From Macrostomum lignano (lineage: Eukaryota): 64,000 bases of DNA. Location of the stretch: positions 186,001-250,000 of the forward strand of contig NIVC01001367.1 in the NCBI GenBank assembly GCA_002269645.1. The letters are read 5' to 3'. How positions within the stretch are numbered: position 1 is the stretch's first letter; each line of letters opens with the position of its first letter. Both the position numbers and the translations under genes were made by a program. Shown here one piece after another: positions 11,718-25,700 of this stretch. Under the pieces are notes generated by a model. The model was not told the DNA's origin, did not search any database, and saw nothing but the letters and a program-made list of their open reading frames with translations.

Positions 11718-12032
11718 TCACAGCTGCTCATCGGTCTCGGACGGCTCCGAGTCGATCGTCTCCTCCCGCTCGTCTCGCTCCGCCTCGGCCGCCGCAGCTG
11801 CCACTGTCGCCGCGGCCACCACCATGGACGGCGGCAGCGCGGCCTCGAGTCCGCCCGCCTCGGCCGCCCCTGACTGCAGATTCTCGGCCGCGATTCGAGC
11901 AGCCCGACTGGGCAGCCACACCTGCACCAGGAAGATGAGCAGGGCGTCCGCGCCCACCGCCAGCACCAGAGAGATGACCAGCACGAGGGCCGTGTACACT
12001 ATGGGCATGGTGTCCATGCGGCTCTGGGATCT
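11718..12032 (-). CDS. Terminal exon, or ~99-aa single-exon ORF, with one transmembrane helix and an acidic tail
   Basis: GC-rich coding-like segment behind an acceptor (TTCCGCAATTCTCAG|) reads MDTMPIVYTALVLVISLVLAVGADALLIFLVQVW...AERDEREETIDSEPSETDEQL*. No family was recognised. Confidence 0.5.
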   Translation of the reverse strand, partial: RSQSRMDTMPIVYTALVLVISLVLAVGADALLIFLVQVWLPSRAARIAAENLQSGAAEAGGLEAALPPSMVVAAATVAAAAAEAERDEREETIDSEPSETDEQL

Positions 12033-12188
12033 GAGAATTGCGGAACCTGCAAATATGTATCCCTTGCCTGCGCTGCAAACTGCTGACTTTGATAGATTTT
12101 CCCGGCCTGGGCCATAGACAGGGAATTCCGATATTCCAGATGTGTGAGGTACGAATGCGAGTACGTCTAGCATAAATACTTTAACAGG

Positions 12189-12797
<609 letters not shown>

Positions 12798-12809
12798 AAA
12801 TAAATAGCC

Positions 12810-13940
12810 TTAGTTATCTGCAGCAGTCAGAGAATATTCACAAGGCAAACACACGGACCTCTGCCTCGAACGGCGAGTGACAGCTGGAGCGATTCTGAAG
12901 TCCACTGTTACACTGACGGCTCTTTGAGGCATGGTCTTTCAGGCTTCGGAGCTTGCGTCTTCTTCAAGGGAGAAGTGGTGTGGAGCTACTCCCAGCACAC
13001 TGGGCCCAACTCCAGTGTTTTTCAGAGCGAGGTGCTTGCCATCAGCTCCTGCGGGCAGAGCTGCGCCGAAGGCAGCTTAGCGGTCGGAAATTTATTTTTC
13101 ACTCTGACAGCCAAGCAGCCCTTCGGGCCCTCTGCCGCTGCACCACCAGCTCCAGGTCCGTCCTGGACTGCAACACCCAGCTCAACGGGCTTGCGCTAGG
13201 CAACCAGGTGGAGCTCAGATGGATCCTGGGCCACGCTGGTTTCCTCGGCAACGAGCGCGCCGACCTGCTGACCAAGGCTGGCTCCGCCGGCGCGCTGCTG
13301 GGGCCGGGAGCCCCCATCCCCGCCTCGGTGATCAACTCCCGCGTTAAGCGCTGGACTGATTCCGAGCATCTCCACAGGTGGCACGACACCCAGAATTGCA
13401 GGCAATCCCGTGCTGCCGTCCCCTGTCCCTCCCCTCTCCTGCGTAGAGCCCTCCTCAGGCTCAACCGCAGAGACCTCAGAGCAGTCAGCATGGCCTTCTC
13501 CGGGCATGGCTGCTTCTCTCGCCACCGCTTCCTTCAGGGCCAAGTACCCGAGGAGCGGTGCCCCTTCTGCCGCTCAGGCAGTGAAAACGCCGAGAATTTT
13601 ATCTGCCACTGCCCGGTCTTCACCAGGGCCAGGCTCACTCACCTCGGGCCAAACCCGGTTCTCTCCGACGTTTGCAGGCCCGAGAGCATCCCGCTGCTCG
13701 CCCGGTACCTCAGGGACACGGGACGAGCTGAGTTCTTCCCCACCGCCGGTGAGGAGGACCGCGCTGCAGGCGAGACCAAAGGAAGTCATTGGTCGCCAGG
13801 GGCTAGCGGAATGGGCGGTCTCCTCCGCCTCCTCGCTGCATCCGCCGGACGCCCTGCATCTGAAAAAGCCAAATAGACGCCTCGGTCCTGAGACAAAAGT
13901 TTAAAAATACCCATCCCCATCCTCATCCCCACCCCCACAC
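12810..13940 (+). mobile_element. 5'-truncated non-LTR retrotransposon: RNase H domain plus C-terminal Cys/His motif, one frameshift
   Basis: VHCYTDGS..SGFGA..SVFQSEVLAI, a -1 frameshift near 13053, then IFHSDSQAAL..VELRWILGHAGFLGNERADLL and CPFCRSGSENAENFICHCPVF. The stop at 13876 is followed by a CCCAT/CCCCA-rich tail. Confidence 0.9.
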
Positions 13941-14689
13941 ACAGCCTGTCAGGACAAACTTTCGTCCCGCTCCAGCAATGCTCCAACGATGCTCCAGCAA
14001 TGCTCCAGCGCTCAGGTACCGTGAAGTCCCAGGGGTAAAAGAGGCAGTCAAGATTCCCATTCCGACCCTCCGCTAATGCAGAGCCCCCTGCCTATGCCAA
14101 GCCTGCGAGGCTCTCAGCCGAAATGAGGAGCAGCACGGGTTGCAGACTGCAGTATGGAGGACTGGTGCGCTGAGCCATGGAGAACCAGAGCAGAGCTTGG
14201 AGTGGCAACTCCTTTTCGATTCCCCAATTGCCCCACATTTTACTAAAGATCTCATTAGTTTGAAATGGTTGGACTCGTTATTACAGACTTTGGTCTTTTT
14301 GGAATTGTCCTGCAGTTTTTGAGCAAACCTGCAGCGTATTCTAAGCAGTAGGCTAGGAACAAATGCCGACAGGAGTTTTGAAGAAAACTATATTTTCATG
14401 TTTTAGGAAAGAGAAAGAGGAGATGAGGGATGAGAGATGAGACGATAGGAGAGAAGAGACAAACTTTGAGCGGGCCGGATTGCTATTGTGAAGCTTCAAA
14501 GCACCCGAGAGAGCTGACCCGAATAGAGAGGCTTCTTCAATTCCTGGTCCAACCAAACCGAAGTGATGGGATCTTTTGTTAAATGAAGTTTTTGACTCGC
14601 ATCTAGAGACGTGTTGCACGTGTTCGTCATGTCAGAAGTCAGCGCCGCCGTCCATTTCTTCAGCGTGCTCTTCAAAGCTTCCATTCGGC

Positions 14690-15420
14690 TGGAAGCTGCC
14701 ACAGCGATGCAGCAGTTTTTTATTCCCTAATCCCAAAAACTCCAAGGCAGCGCACAGAGAGATTCGTTGGCCGCCGCAATGACCTCACGGTGGTAAAGAA
14801 GCGACCTCGCAGGCTTCTTCATCGCTCCAAACGAATGAAAATCAGCGATGGTGAGGTCTGGTGAATGAGGTGGGTGACTAAGCAGCCGAAAGCCGAGCCC
14901 TTGCACTTTTCTTGTGGTGGCCGAGGCAGCGTGAAGGCGAGACTTGTCGCACAAGATGCAGGGCTTGCCGCATGATGTGGCGCTTCCTGAGGCCACAACT
15001 CGATCTTGCACGTAGGCGGCATTGATGGTGGCCTTTTCTGCCAGGTAGTCGGCCATCAGAACCCCGAAGGCGTCAAACCACACAGTGCACCTGGTGTTGC
15101 ATATCCATGCAGACTTCATTGGCTTTGTGTATGGCTGACGGCCCCTGGGCCCCCACTGCATAGGCTGCTGTTTGGTCATTGGTTAATTAAACATTGTCAG
15201 TGGTTTCATCCATGCTGATTAGAAGTCGTTTAAGCTGTTGCCTGACCTTCAAGTTCTCCGTGGCACACTGAATTCGCTGCCTTTTGTTGTCCGGGGTCAA
15301 ATTGTCCGGGCACCCACTTGGCGCAGACTCTTGACCTGTTTATCTCCTTGAGAATGCGACTTGCAGAAGCAATGGAGATGCCACAGACCTCCTCGACTTC
15401 ACGCACTGTGACACTGACAG
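14690..15420 (-). mobile_element. Decayed mariner (DD34D-type) transposase relic
   Basis: Frameshifted fragments VTVREVEEVCGISIASASRILKE..RVCAKWVP, VWFDAFGVLMADYL..TINAAY and CDKSRLHAA..LGFRLLSHPPHSPDLTIADFHSFGAMK. Confidence 0.85.
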
Positions 15421-15784
15421 ATTTGCTACAAAAACGCGTCCTAAAAGGCAGTATTCTACAGCCCAATATAAAATGTCACCCTACGATGGCCTCATGATAG
15501 TATGCTCTCGATCGGGAAAGCTGCTTTATCGCATTGTAGATTTTGTACTTTATCCTAAGATTAATTTTTGCTTCATGGGTAGGCGGTTTAACAGTACTGT
15601 TTGTACCCTCCAGCGCCAGTCCCAGTCCTTCCCTTCAGTCGCAGTACCGCAAAATTTCCGCACTCTAACGTAAGACGCGATCGCGTAGAAAACTCAACTA
15701 TAAAAACTCTTTTCCAATGAATGGAACAGGGGACTTCGCGCTCTACTGGCCGAGCACGGCAACCTGAAAGTCCAGCATCCCAGC

Positions 15785-15995
15785 GCTCATTAACATAACC
15801 GCAATGCTGCAGCAGCTGGGCTCACTGCTCATTAACATAACCGCAATGCTGCAGCAGTTGGGCTCACTGCTCATTAACATAATCGCAATGCTGCAGCAGC
15901 TGGGCTCACTGCTCATTAACATAACCGCAATGCTGCTGCAGCTGGGCTCACTTCTCATTAACATAATCGCAATGCTGCAGCAGCTGGGCTCAGGG
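15785..15995. repeat. 42-bp tandem repeat (~5 copies)
   Basis: Unit GCAATGCTGCAGCAGCTGGGCTCACTGCTCATTAACATAACC. Confidence 0.9.
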
Positions 15996-16772
15996 CAAGC
16001 TGAAGAGATTGGGGCGATAGAAAGCAATCAGATATTAAAAAAGTGGGCAGTGCCTCAGGCATCAGCATCTCAATCTAGTCTCTCAATGCAATCTCCATCA
16101 ACTTCGATTGCACTTCCTCATGCGCTGCAGCCGGCTATTGAAGCACCTGGTAAAATTGGCTGAGTTCGAGAAAATGCAGCTGCTCATTCATTGATTTTGT
16201 TAGAAATAACCGGAAATCGCACAGGTGAATAAGGAGGAGCCCCCACCAGCCTGATGCCAGAATTGAAGCCTCGTGTGCTCGTATCTGTGATCTGTACAAC
16301 TTTGTACTCTAAGACGTGCAGTTGTACATCCTTGTGCAAACTGAAGAACTGCAGCCGGCCTGCTGTTGACTGAAAATTGGGATTTGGGCAGGAGCTGTGG
16401 CTTGAATCATTCAACTCCAAAGCTCTGCTCTAAGTCTCCATGGCTGAGCTGGCGGGGTGGGGCTGCCAGCGACTCAGCTGGCATCGATCCAGCCGCCACC
16501 GGTATCGGCTCGGGTTGGCAAATTCATCCCCTGTTCTCCCATTGTTCTTCCTCACCGCGAGTTGGGAAGAAATTCCCCTCTCTCCCCTCCTTGGCTGTTG
16601 CTGGAGGGGGCGGAGGCTGGGCGGGAGCGATGAAGAGTAAAAGCAAAAACCAGCTGCCCGGGACTTGGCTGCGGGTCCGAGAGAGGCTGCTGGAAAAGAC
16701 GGTCGAAGAGGCGAAGCAGAAGCTGATTCCTCTGAAGCTGATTGACCCGAGCCACCGAGCTTCACTCAGGCC

Positions 16773-19700
16773 ATGGACTCCACCTCGAGAGCGGCGTCCT
16801 TGGTGACGCTGGTGCCGGAGATGGACGAGGAGGAGGAGCGCCAGCTGCTGAAGACCTTCGCCGACTCGCAGCTGGTCGTGCTTGACGACGTCGAAGGATA
16901 CGAGACGATTGGCCTGCCTGGGGGTGACGAACTGTAGTCTGCCCTGTGCTATCCGCCCTCTGCTATCCGCCCTCTGCTATCCGCCCTCTGCTATCCGCCC
17001 TCTGCTATCCGCCCTCTGCTATCCGCCCTCTGCTATCCGCCCTCTGCTATCCGCCCTCTGCTATCCGCCCTCTGCTATCCGCCCTCTGCTATCCGCCCTC
17101 TGCTATCCGCCCTCTGCTATCCGCCCTCTGCTATCCGCCCTCTGCTATCCGCCCTCTGCTATCCGCCCTCTGCTATCCGCCCTCTGCTATCCGCCCTCTG
17201 CTATCCGCCCTCTGCTATCCGCCCTCTGCTATCCGCCCTCTGCTATCCGCCCTCTGCTATCCGCCCTGTGCTGTCCGCCCTGAGCTATCCGCCCTGTACT
17301 ATCTGACACACTGTTTTCAATGCGTCAGATGCCAGTCAAATGCCAGTCAGATGCCAATCAGATTCCAGTCAGATGCCAATCAGATGCCAATCAGATTCCA
17401 GTCAGATGCCAATCAGATGCCAGTCAGATGCCAGTCAGATGCCAGTCAGACGCCAGTCAGATGCCAGTCAGATGCCAGTCAGATGCCAGTCAGATGCCAG
17501 TCAGATGCCAGTCAGATGCCAGTCAGATGCCAGTCAGATGCCAGTCACATGCCAGTCAGATGCCAGTCAGATGCCAGTCAGATGCCAGTCAGATGCCAGT
17601 CACATGCCAGTCAGATGCCAGTCAGATGCCAGTCAGATGCCAGTCAGATGCCAGTCAGATGCCAGTCAGATGCCAGTCAGATGCCAGTCAGATGCCAGTC
17701 ACATGCCAGTCAGATGCCAGTCACATGCCAGTCAGATGCCAGTCAGATGCCAGTCAGATGCCAGTCACATGCCAGTCCGCCGCCGCTCCCCATTGCAGAG
17801 CTGTCGCACCAGCCGGCGCCAAAGCAGGAGGCCTACAAGTTCGACCCGGACGCTGGAATCAAGACCTTCCAGCAGTGAGTGGCGCCTCCCACAGATGCTG
17901 TTGAGTCCTGGGGAGATTTGGCAGATTGAATTTGTTTGCACAGCCCACCCCCGCGAGTTCCGGGATGAGAACCCCCCGCAGGAGCAGCAAATTCAGAGCA
18001 ATTAATGCGGCACGCAGGCGAGAGCCGCGGCCGGCTTCCCTACCGCAGCTGGGTCGCCCGTGTTTTTCCCCGAAAATGTTTGGCCAGTTTGATCAACTTG
18101 ATGGAGTTTCGCCCAATCGCCCTGTGCCAAGAGAGCACCGGTGAAATTTCCATGCAAACTGAATTCTGCCTTCCAGGTGGAAAACAGGCAATTTTTTGGG
18201 AGCTGGGAATTCAATCCTGGAGTCTGGGGCGGGCGGGGACGGACTGGCTGGGACAGGCGGGGACGGACTGGCTGGGACAGGCGGGGACGGACTGGCTGGG
18301 ACAGGCGGGGACGGACTGGCTGGGACAGGCGGGGACAGACTGGCTGGGACAGGCGGGGACGGACTGGCTGGGACAGGCGGGGACAGACTGGCTGGGACAG
18401 GCGGGGACGGACTGGCTGGGACAGGCGGGGACGGACTGGCTGGGACAGGCGGGGACAGACTGGCTGGGACAGGCGGGGACGGACTGGCTGGGACAGGCGG
18501 GGACAGACTGGCTGGGACAGGCGGGGACGGACTGGCTGGGACAGGCGGGACGGACTGGCTGGGACAGGCGGGGACGGACTTGCTGACCCCTTGCTCCCAT
18601 CTCCGCAGGCTGCCCAAAGTGACAGAGGCGATGGCCCGCGACATTCTGCTGCAGGCGGCAGCTGAGCAGTGCTGCCGAGGCCGGGACTTCATCAAGGATC
18701 TGCCGATCACCAAGGTTGAGAACACCTTGGCCTGGCACGTGAGTCTCACCCAACTGAGCTGAGTTTCTCCAACTTAAACTGCCGACCGATCCCTCCGAAT
18801 CAAGCGCTGGTCGTCTCCCTCGAACTCCGCAGTACGACTTGGAGTCCTTCCTGGAGGCCCGCTACACCTGCTGGACCTACAAGCCCTTCACCGGCCAGGA
18901 GGAGGTCGACGGCAGGGACACCGGCCGCGTCCCCGGGCCCTGGGATGTCGAGCTGAAGCCCTCCGACATGTTCAAGGACGAGGACAGGGAGGCCATCGTG
19001 CCGCACACCGGCACCGTCAAGGTGAGAGGATAAGTCTCTAAATCTCACTCTACCCGACACCCACTCTACACGACACCCACTCTACCCAACACCCACTCTA
19101 CCCAACACCCACTCTACACGACACCCACTCTACCCGACACCCACTCTACCCAACACCCACTCTACACGACACCCACTCTACACGACACCCACTCTACACG
19201 ACACCCACTCTACACGATACCCACTCTATCCAACACCCACTCTACCCAACACCCACTCTACCCAACACCCACTCTACCCCAACACCCACTCTACCCAACA
19301 CCCACTCTACACGACACCCACTCTACCCGACACCCACTCTACCCAACACCCACTCTACACGACACCCACTCTACCCGACACCCACTCTACCCAACACCCA
19401 CTCTACACGACACCCACTCTACACGACACCCACTCTACACGACACCCACTCTACACGATACCCACTCTATCCAACACCCACTCTACCCAACACCCACTCT
19501 ACCCAACACCCACTCTACCCCAACACCCACTCTACCCAACACCCACTCTACACGACACCCACTCTACCCGACACCCACTCTACCCAACACCCACTCTACA
19601 CGACACCCACTCTACACGACACCCACTCTACACGACACCCACTCTACACGACACCCACTCTACACGACACCCACTCTACACGACACCCACTCTATCCAAC

Positions 19701-22700
19701 ACCCACTCTATCCAACACCCACTCTACCCAACACCCACTCTACCCCAACACCCACTCTACCCCAACACCCATTCTATTTAACTTTTTTATTTAAACGAAG
19801 ACTCGCGAACCCCCCCCCCCGACCACCCGCCAGCCCTGCCACCACTGTCAGCAGCGCAGCCGGATCAGCTGCAACCGCTGCAAGGGGCGCCGGCAGGTGA
19901 AGTGCGGCGAGTGCAGCGGCCAGGGGCACAAAACGGCCGCGTACGGCGCCGTGGCCAGGCGGGCCGCCTGCTCAGCCTGCGATGGCCAGGGCAGGAAAAA
20001 GTGAGCGACTTCTGCAATGCCATCCACTCCGGACTCCTCTGCCATCCACTCCGGACTCCACTCTGCCATCCACTCCGGACTCCACTCTGCCATCCACTCC
20101 GGACTCCTCTCTGCCATCCACTCCGGACTCCTCTCTGCCATCCACTCCGGACTCCTCTCTGCCATCCACTCCGGACTCCTCTCTGCCATCCACTCCGGAC
20201 TCCTCTGCCATCCACTCCGGACTCCACTCTGCCATCCACTCCGGACTCCACTCTGCCATCCACTCCGGACTCCTCTCTGCCATCCACTCCGGACTCCACT
20301 CTGCCATCCACTCCGGACTCCACTCTGCCATCCACTCCGGACTCTACTCTGCCATCCACTCCGGACTCCACTCTGCCATCCACTCCGGACTCCACTCTGC
20401 CATCCACTCCGGACTCTACTCTGCCATCCACTCTGGACTCTACTCTGCCATCCACTCCGGACTCCTCTGCCATCCACTCCGGACTCCACTCTGCCATCCA
20501 CTCCGGACTCCACTCTGCCATCCACTCCGGACTCTACTCTGCCATCCACTCTGGACTCTACTCTGCCATCCACTCCGGACTCCTCTGCCATCCACTCCGG
20601 ACTCCACTCTGCCATCCACTCCGGACTCCACTCTGCCATCCACTCCGGACTCTACTCTGCCATCCACTCTGGACTCTACTCTGCCATCCACTCCGGACTC
20701 CACTCTGCCATCCACTCCGGACTCTACTCTGCCATCCACTCCGGACTCTACTCTGCCATCCACTCCGGACTCCTCTGCCATCCACTCCGGACTCCACTCT
20801 GCCATCCACTCCGGACTCCATTCTGCCATACACTCCGGACTCTACTCTGCCATCCACTCTGGACTCTACTCTGCCATCCACTCCGGACTCCTCTGCCATC
20901 CACTCCGGACTCCACTCTGCCATCCACTCCGGACTCCACTCTGCCATCCACTCCGGACTCTACTCTGCCATCCACTGCGGACTCCACTCTGCCATCCACT
21001 CCGGACTCTACTCTGCCATCCACTCTGGACTCTACTCTGCCATCCACTCCGGACTCCACTCTGCCATCCACTCCGGACTCTACTCTGCCATCCACTCCGG
21101 ACTCCACTCTGCCATCCGCTGCGGACTCCACTCTGCCATCCGCTGCGGACTCCACTCTGCCATCCACTCCGGACTCCTCTGCCATCCGCTGCGGACTCCA
21201 CTCTGCCATCCACTCCGGACTCCACTCTGCCATCCGCTGCGGACTCCACTCTGCCATCCACTCCGGACTCCTCTGCCATCCGCTGCGGACTCCACTCTGC
21301 CATCCACTCCGGACTCTACTCTGCCATCCACTCCGGACTCTACTCTGCCATCCACTCCGGACTCTACTCTGCCATCCACTCCGGACTCTACTCAAAATAA
21401 ATTTCAATCCTGCACACATAATGCAACAGACCTAAAGCAGATTTGGCCATAGAAAAATCAATTCTGCAGGCATAATGCAACAGACCTAAAGCAGATTTGG
21501 CCATAGAAAAATCAATTCTGCAGGCATAATGCAACAGACCTAAAGCAGATTTGGCCATAGAAAAATCAATCCTGCACACATAATGCAACAGACCTAAAGC
21601 AGATTTGGCCATAGAAAAATCAATTCTGCAGGCATAATGCAACAGACCTAAAGCAGATTTGGCCATAGAAAAATCAATCCTGCAGGCATAATGCAACAGA
21701 CCTAAAGCAGATTTGGCCATAGAAAAATCAATTCTGCAGGCATAATGCAACAGACCTAAAGCAGATTTGGCCATAGAAAAATCAATCCTGCAGGCATAAT
21801 GCAACAGACCTAAAGCAGATTTGGCCATAGAAAAATCAATCCTGCAGGCATAATGCAACAGACCTAAAGCAGATTTGGCCATAGAAAAATCAATCCTGCA
21901 CACATAATGCAACAGACCTAAAGCAGATTTGGCCATAGAAAAATCAATCCTGCAGGCATAATGCAACAGACCTAAAGCAGATTTGGCCATAGAAAAATCA
22001 ATCCTGCACACATAATGCAACAGACCTAAAGCAGATTTGGCCATAGAAAAATCAATTCTGCAGGCATAATGCAACAGACCTAAAGCAGATTTGGCCATAG
22101 AAAAATCAATTCTGCAGGCATAATGCAACAGACCTAAAGCAGATTTGGCCATAGAAAAATCAATCCTGCACACATAATGCAACAGACCTAAAGCAGATTT
22201 GGCCATAGAAAAATCAATTCTGCAGGCATAATGCAACAGACCTAAAGCAGATTTGGCCATAGAAAAATCAATTCTGCAGGCATAATGCAACAGACCTAAA
22301 GCAGATTTGGCCATAGAAAAATCAATCCTGCACACATAATGCAACAGACCTAAAGCAGATTTGGCCATAGAAAAATCAATTCTGCAGGCATAATGCAACA
22401 GACCTAAAGCAGATTTGGCCATAGAAAAATCAATCCTGCAGGCATAATGCAACAGACCTAAAGCAGATTTGGCCATAGAAAAATCAATTCTGCAGGCATA
22501 ATGCAACAGACCTAAAGCAGATTTGGCCATAGAAAAATCAATTCTGCAGGCATAATGCAACAGACCTAAAGCAGATTTGGCCATAGAAAAATCAATCCTG
22601 CACACATAATGCAACAGACCTAAAGCAGATTTGGCCATAGAAAAATCAATTCTGCAGGCATAATCAAATAAGAGTGCAATTTTCCCCACCCAATGTGACA

Positions 22701-25700
22701 CAAAGGACAAGCTGGCACTGAAAATAGGCCTCTTGTTTAGCACTTTAATGCTGCGCCAAATTCGATAAAGGAAAAGTGAGACTGACAGGTCTGGGCAGCT
22801 GACCCTTCTCAGATATTTTCAATGCCTCACGGCCTCGCAGCCTCAGCCATGAATGGCGGGGAACTCAAAATGACAGAATTGGGAAACAAATGCTGAGCCA
22901 AGGTGTGAAAATCTGCATTATTAAAAACTGCGTTGTTGCCAGAGGCAGCTAGATAATCTGCTCGCAGATTTTGAGACCGGCGTTCAATGTACTTTTGGAG
23001 AAAGACCTAGAGGAGGAGGCGTTGCCGGAGATGGGGCCGGTTGTCATGGCAACGCTGCATGCGAGTCTCCGATTTCGCAGCAATTAACTGAGTTTTCTGG
23101 GACCCGCACTACTGGGGAGACGCATTCCAGGAAACGGGAATCACGAAGTCAAGGCGGTGAGAAATTTGGCGGGACGATCCCGCCGGGGCAGCTGAGCCTC
23201 CCCCCCCCCCGGCACCGGAAGTGCAGCTGGAGGCAGCAGGTGAATTGGGAGGCTGTCGGGCTAGAAGGCGGCGTCCTAATTAGATTTCTGCCTCCGCCCG
23301 TGCACCCGAGTGACCGACTTTTCCTAGAAAGTCGCAGGGTGGCAAATGGCGGCTCTGATCCAGTGCCATTCACTCCCACTCTCACCCAGTGCCATTCACT
23401 CCAACTCTCACCCAGTGCCATTCACTCCCACTCTCACCCAGTGCCATTCACTCCCACTCTCACCCAGTGCCATTCACTCCCACTCTCACCCAGTGCCATT
23501 CACTCCCACTCTCACCCAGTGCCATTCACTCCCACTCTCACCCAGTGCCATTCACTCCAACTCTCACCCAGTGCCATTCACTCCCACTCTCACCCAGTGC
23601 CATTCACTCCAACTCTCACCCAGTGCCATTCACTCCCACTCTCACCCAGTGCCATTCACTCCCACTCTCACCCAGTGCCATTCACTCCAACTCTCACCCA
23701 GTGCCATTCACTCCCACTCTCACCCAGTGCCATTCACTCCCACTCTCACCCAGTGCCATTCACTCCCACTCTCACCCAGTGCCATTCACTCCCACTCTCA
23801 CCCAGTGCCATTCACTCCCACTCTCACCCAGTGCCATTCACTCCCACTCTCACCCAGTGCCATTCACTCCTACTCTCACCCAGTGCCAGTCACTCCAACT
23901 CTCACCCAGTGCCATTCACTCCAACTCTCACCCAGTGCCATTCACTCCCACTCTCACCCAGTGCCATTCACTCCCACTCTCACCCAGTGCCATTCACTCC
24001 CACTCTCACCCAGTGCCATTCACTCCCACTCTCACCCAGTGCCATTCACTCCTACTCTCACCCAGTGCCAGTCACTCCAACTCTCACCCAGTGCCATTCA
24101 CTCCCACTCTCACCCAGTGCCATTCACTCCCACTCTCACCCAGTGCCATTCACTCCCACTCTCACCCAGTGCCATTCACTCCCACTCTCACCCAGTGCCA
24201 TTCACTCCTACTCTCACCAGTGCCAGTCACTCCAACTCTCACCCAGTGCCATTCACTCCCACTCTCACCCAGTGCCATTCACTCCCACTCTCACCCAGTG
24301 CCATTCACTCCCACTCTCACCCAGTGCCATTCACTCCCACTCTCACCCAGTGCCATTCACTCCCACTCTCACCCAGTGCCATTCACTCCTACTCTCACCC
24401 AGTGCCAGTCACTCCAACTCTCACCCAGTGCCATTCACTCCCACTCTCACCCAGTGCCAGTCACTCCCACTCTCACCCAGTGCCATTCACTCCCACTCTC
24501 ACCCAGTGCCAGTCACTCCCACTCTCACCCAGTGTCAGTCACTCCCACTCTCACCCAGTGCCAGTCACTCCCACTCTCACCCAGTGCCATTCACTCCCAC
24601 TCTCACCCAGTGCCATTCACTCCCACTCTCACCCAGTGCCAGTCACTCCCACTCTCACCCAGTGTCAGTCACTCTCACTCTCACCCAGTGCCATTCACTC
24701 CCACTCTCACCCAGTGCCAGTCACTCCTACTCTCACCCAGTGCCAGTCACTCCCACTCTTACCCAGTGCCAGTCACTCCCACTCTCACCCAGTGCCAGTC
24801 ACTCTCATTCTCACCCAGTTTCAGTCACTCTCACTCTCACCCAGTGTCAGTCACTCTCACTCTCACCCAGTGTCAGTCACTCTCACTCTCACCCAGTGTC
24901 ATTCACTCTCACTCTCACCCAGTGTCATTCACTCTCACTCTAACCCAGTGTCAGTCACTCTCACTCTCACCCAGTGTCATTCACTCTCACTCTTACCCAG
25001 TGTCATTCACACTCACTCTCACCCAGTGTCATTCACTCTCACTCTTACCCAGTGTCATTCACACTCACTCTCACCCAGTGTCATTCACTCTCACTCTCAC
25101 CCAGTGTCATTCACTCTCACTCTTACCCAGTGTCATTCACACTCACTCTCACCCAGTGTCATTCACTCTCACTCTCACCCAGTGTCATTCACTCTCATTC
25201 TCACCCAGTGTCATTCACACTCACTCTCACCCAGTGTCATTCACACTCACCCTCCCTCAGTGCCAGTCACCCTCGTCTCATTCCCGCTCGCTCAGGTGTC
25301 CGGGCTGTCGCGGCTCCGGTGAAATCGAGTGCCCGACCTGCCTTGGCCATAAGCAGCTGCTGTTCTCCATCAAGGTGAAGTGCGAGTGGCGCAAGCGGCA
25401 GGTGGACTTCATCGAGGAGAAAACCGACATGCCGGATGAGCTCGTGCGGGACGTGTCCGGAACAGTACTCTTTGCTGAAGAGGATGACAGCGTGAGCTGC
25501 CCTTACTCACTCACTCACTAACTCATTCACTCACTCACTCACTCACTCACTCACTCACTCACTCACTCACTCACTCACTCACTCACTCACTCACTCACTC
25601 ACTCATGAACTCACTCACTCACTCACTCACTCAATCACTCACTCACTCACTCACTCACTCACTCACTCACTCACTCACTCACTTGCTCACTTGCTCACTC

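Noticed and set aside
16630-16806. Upstream plus-strand ORF MKSKSKNQ... as the SSUH2 N-terminus
   Set aside because: It is in a different frame from the SSUH2 exon and stops at 16806; the ATG at 16773 gives a phase-consistent model.
19848-25322. Long ORFs (450-710 aa) over the arrays, likewise 29318-31832 and 63439-63972
   Set aside because: They are translations of stop-free tandem repeats open in several frames, and most lie inside introns of well-supported genes.
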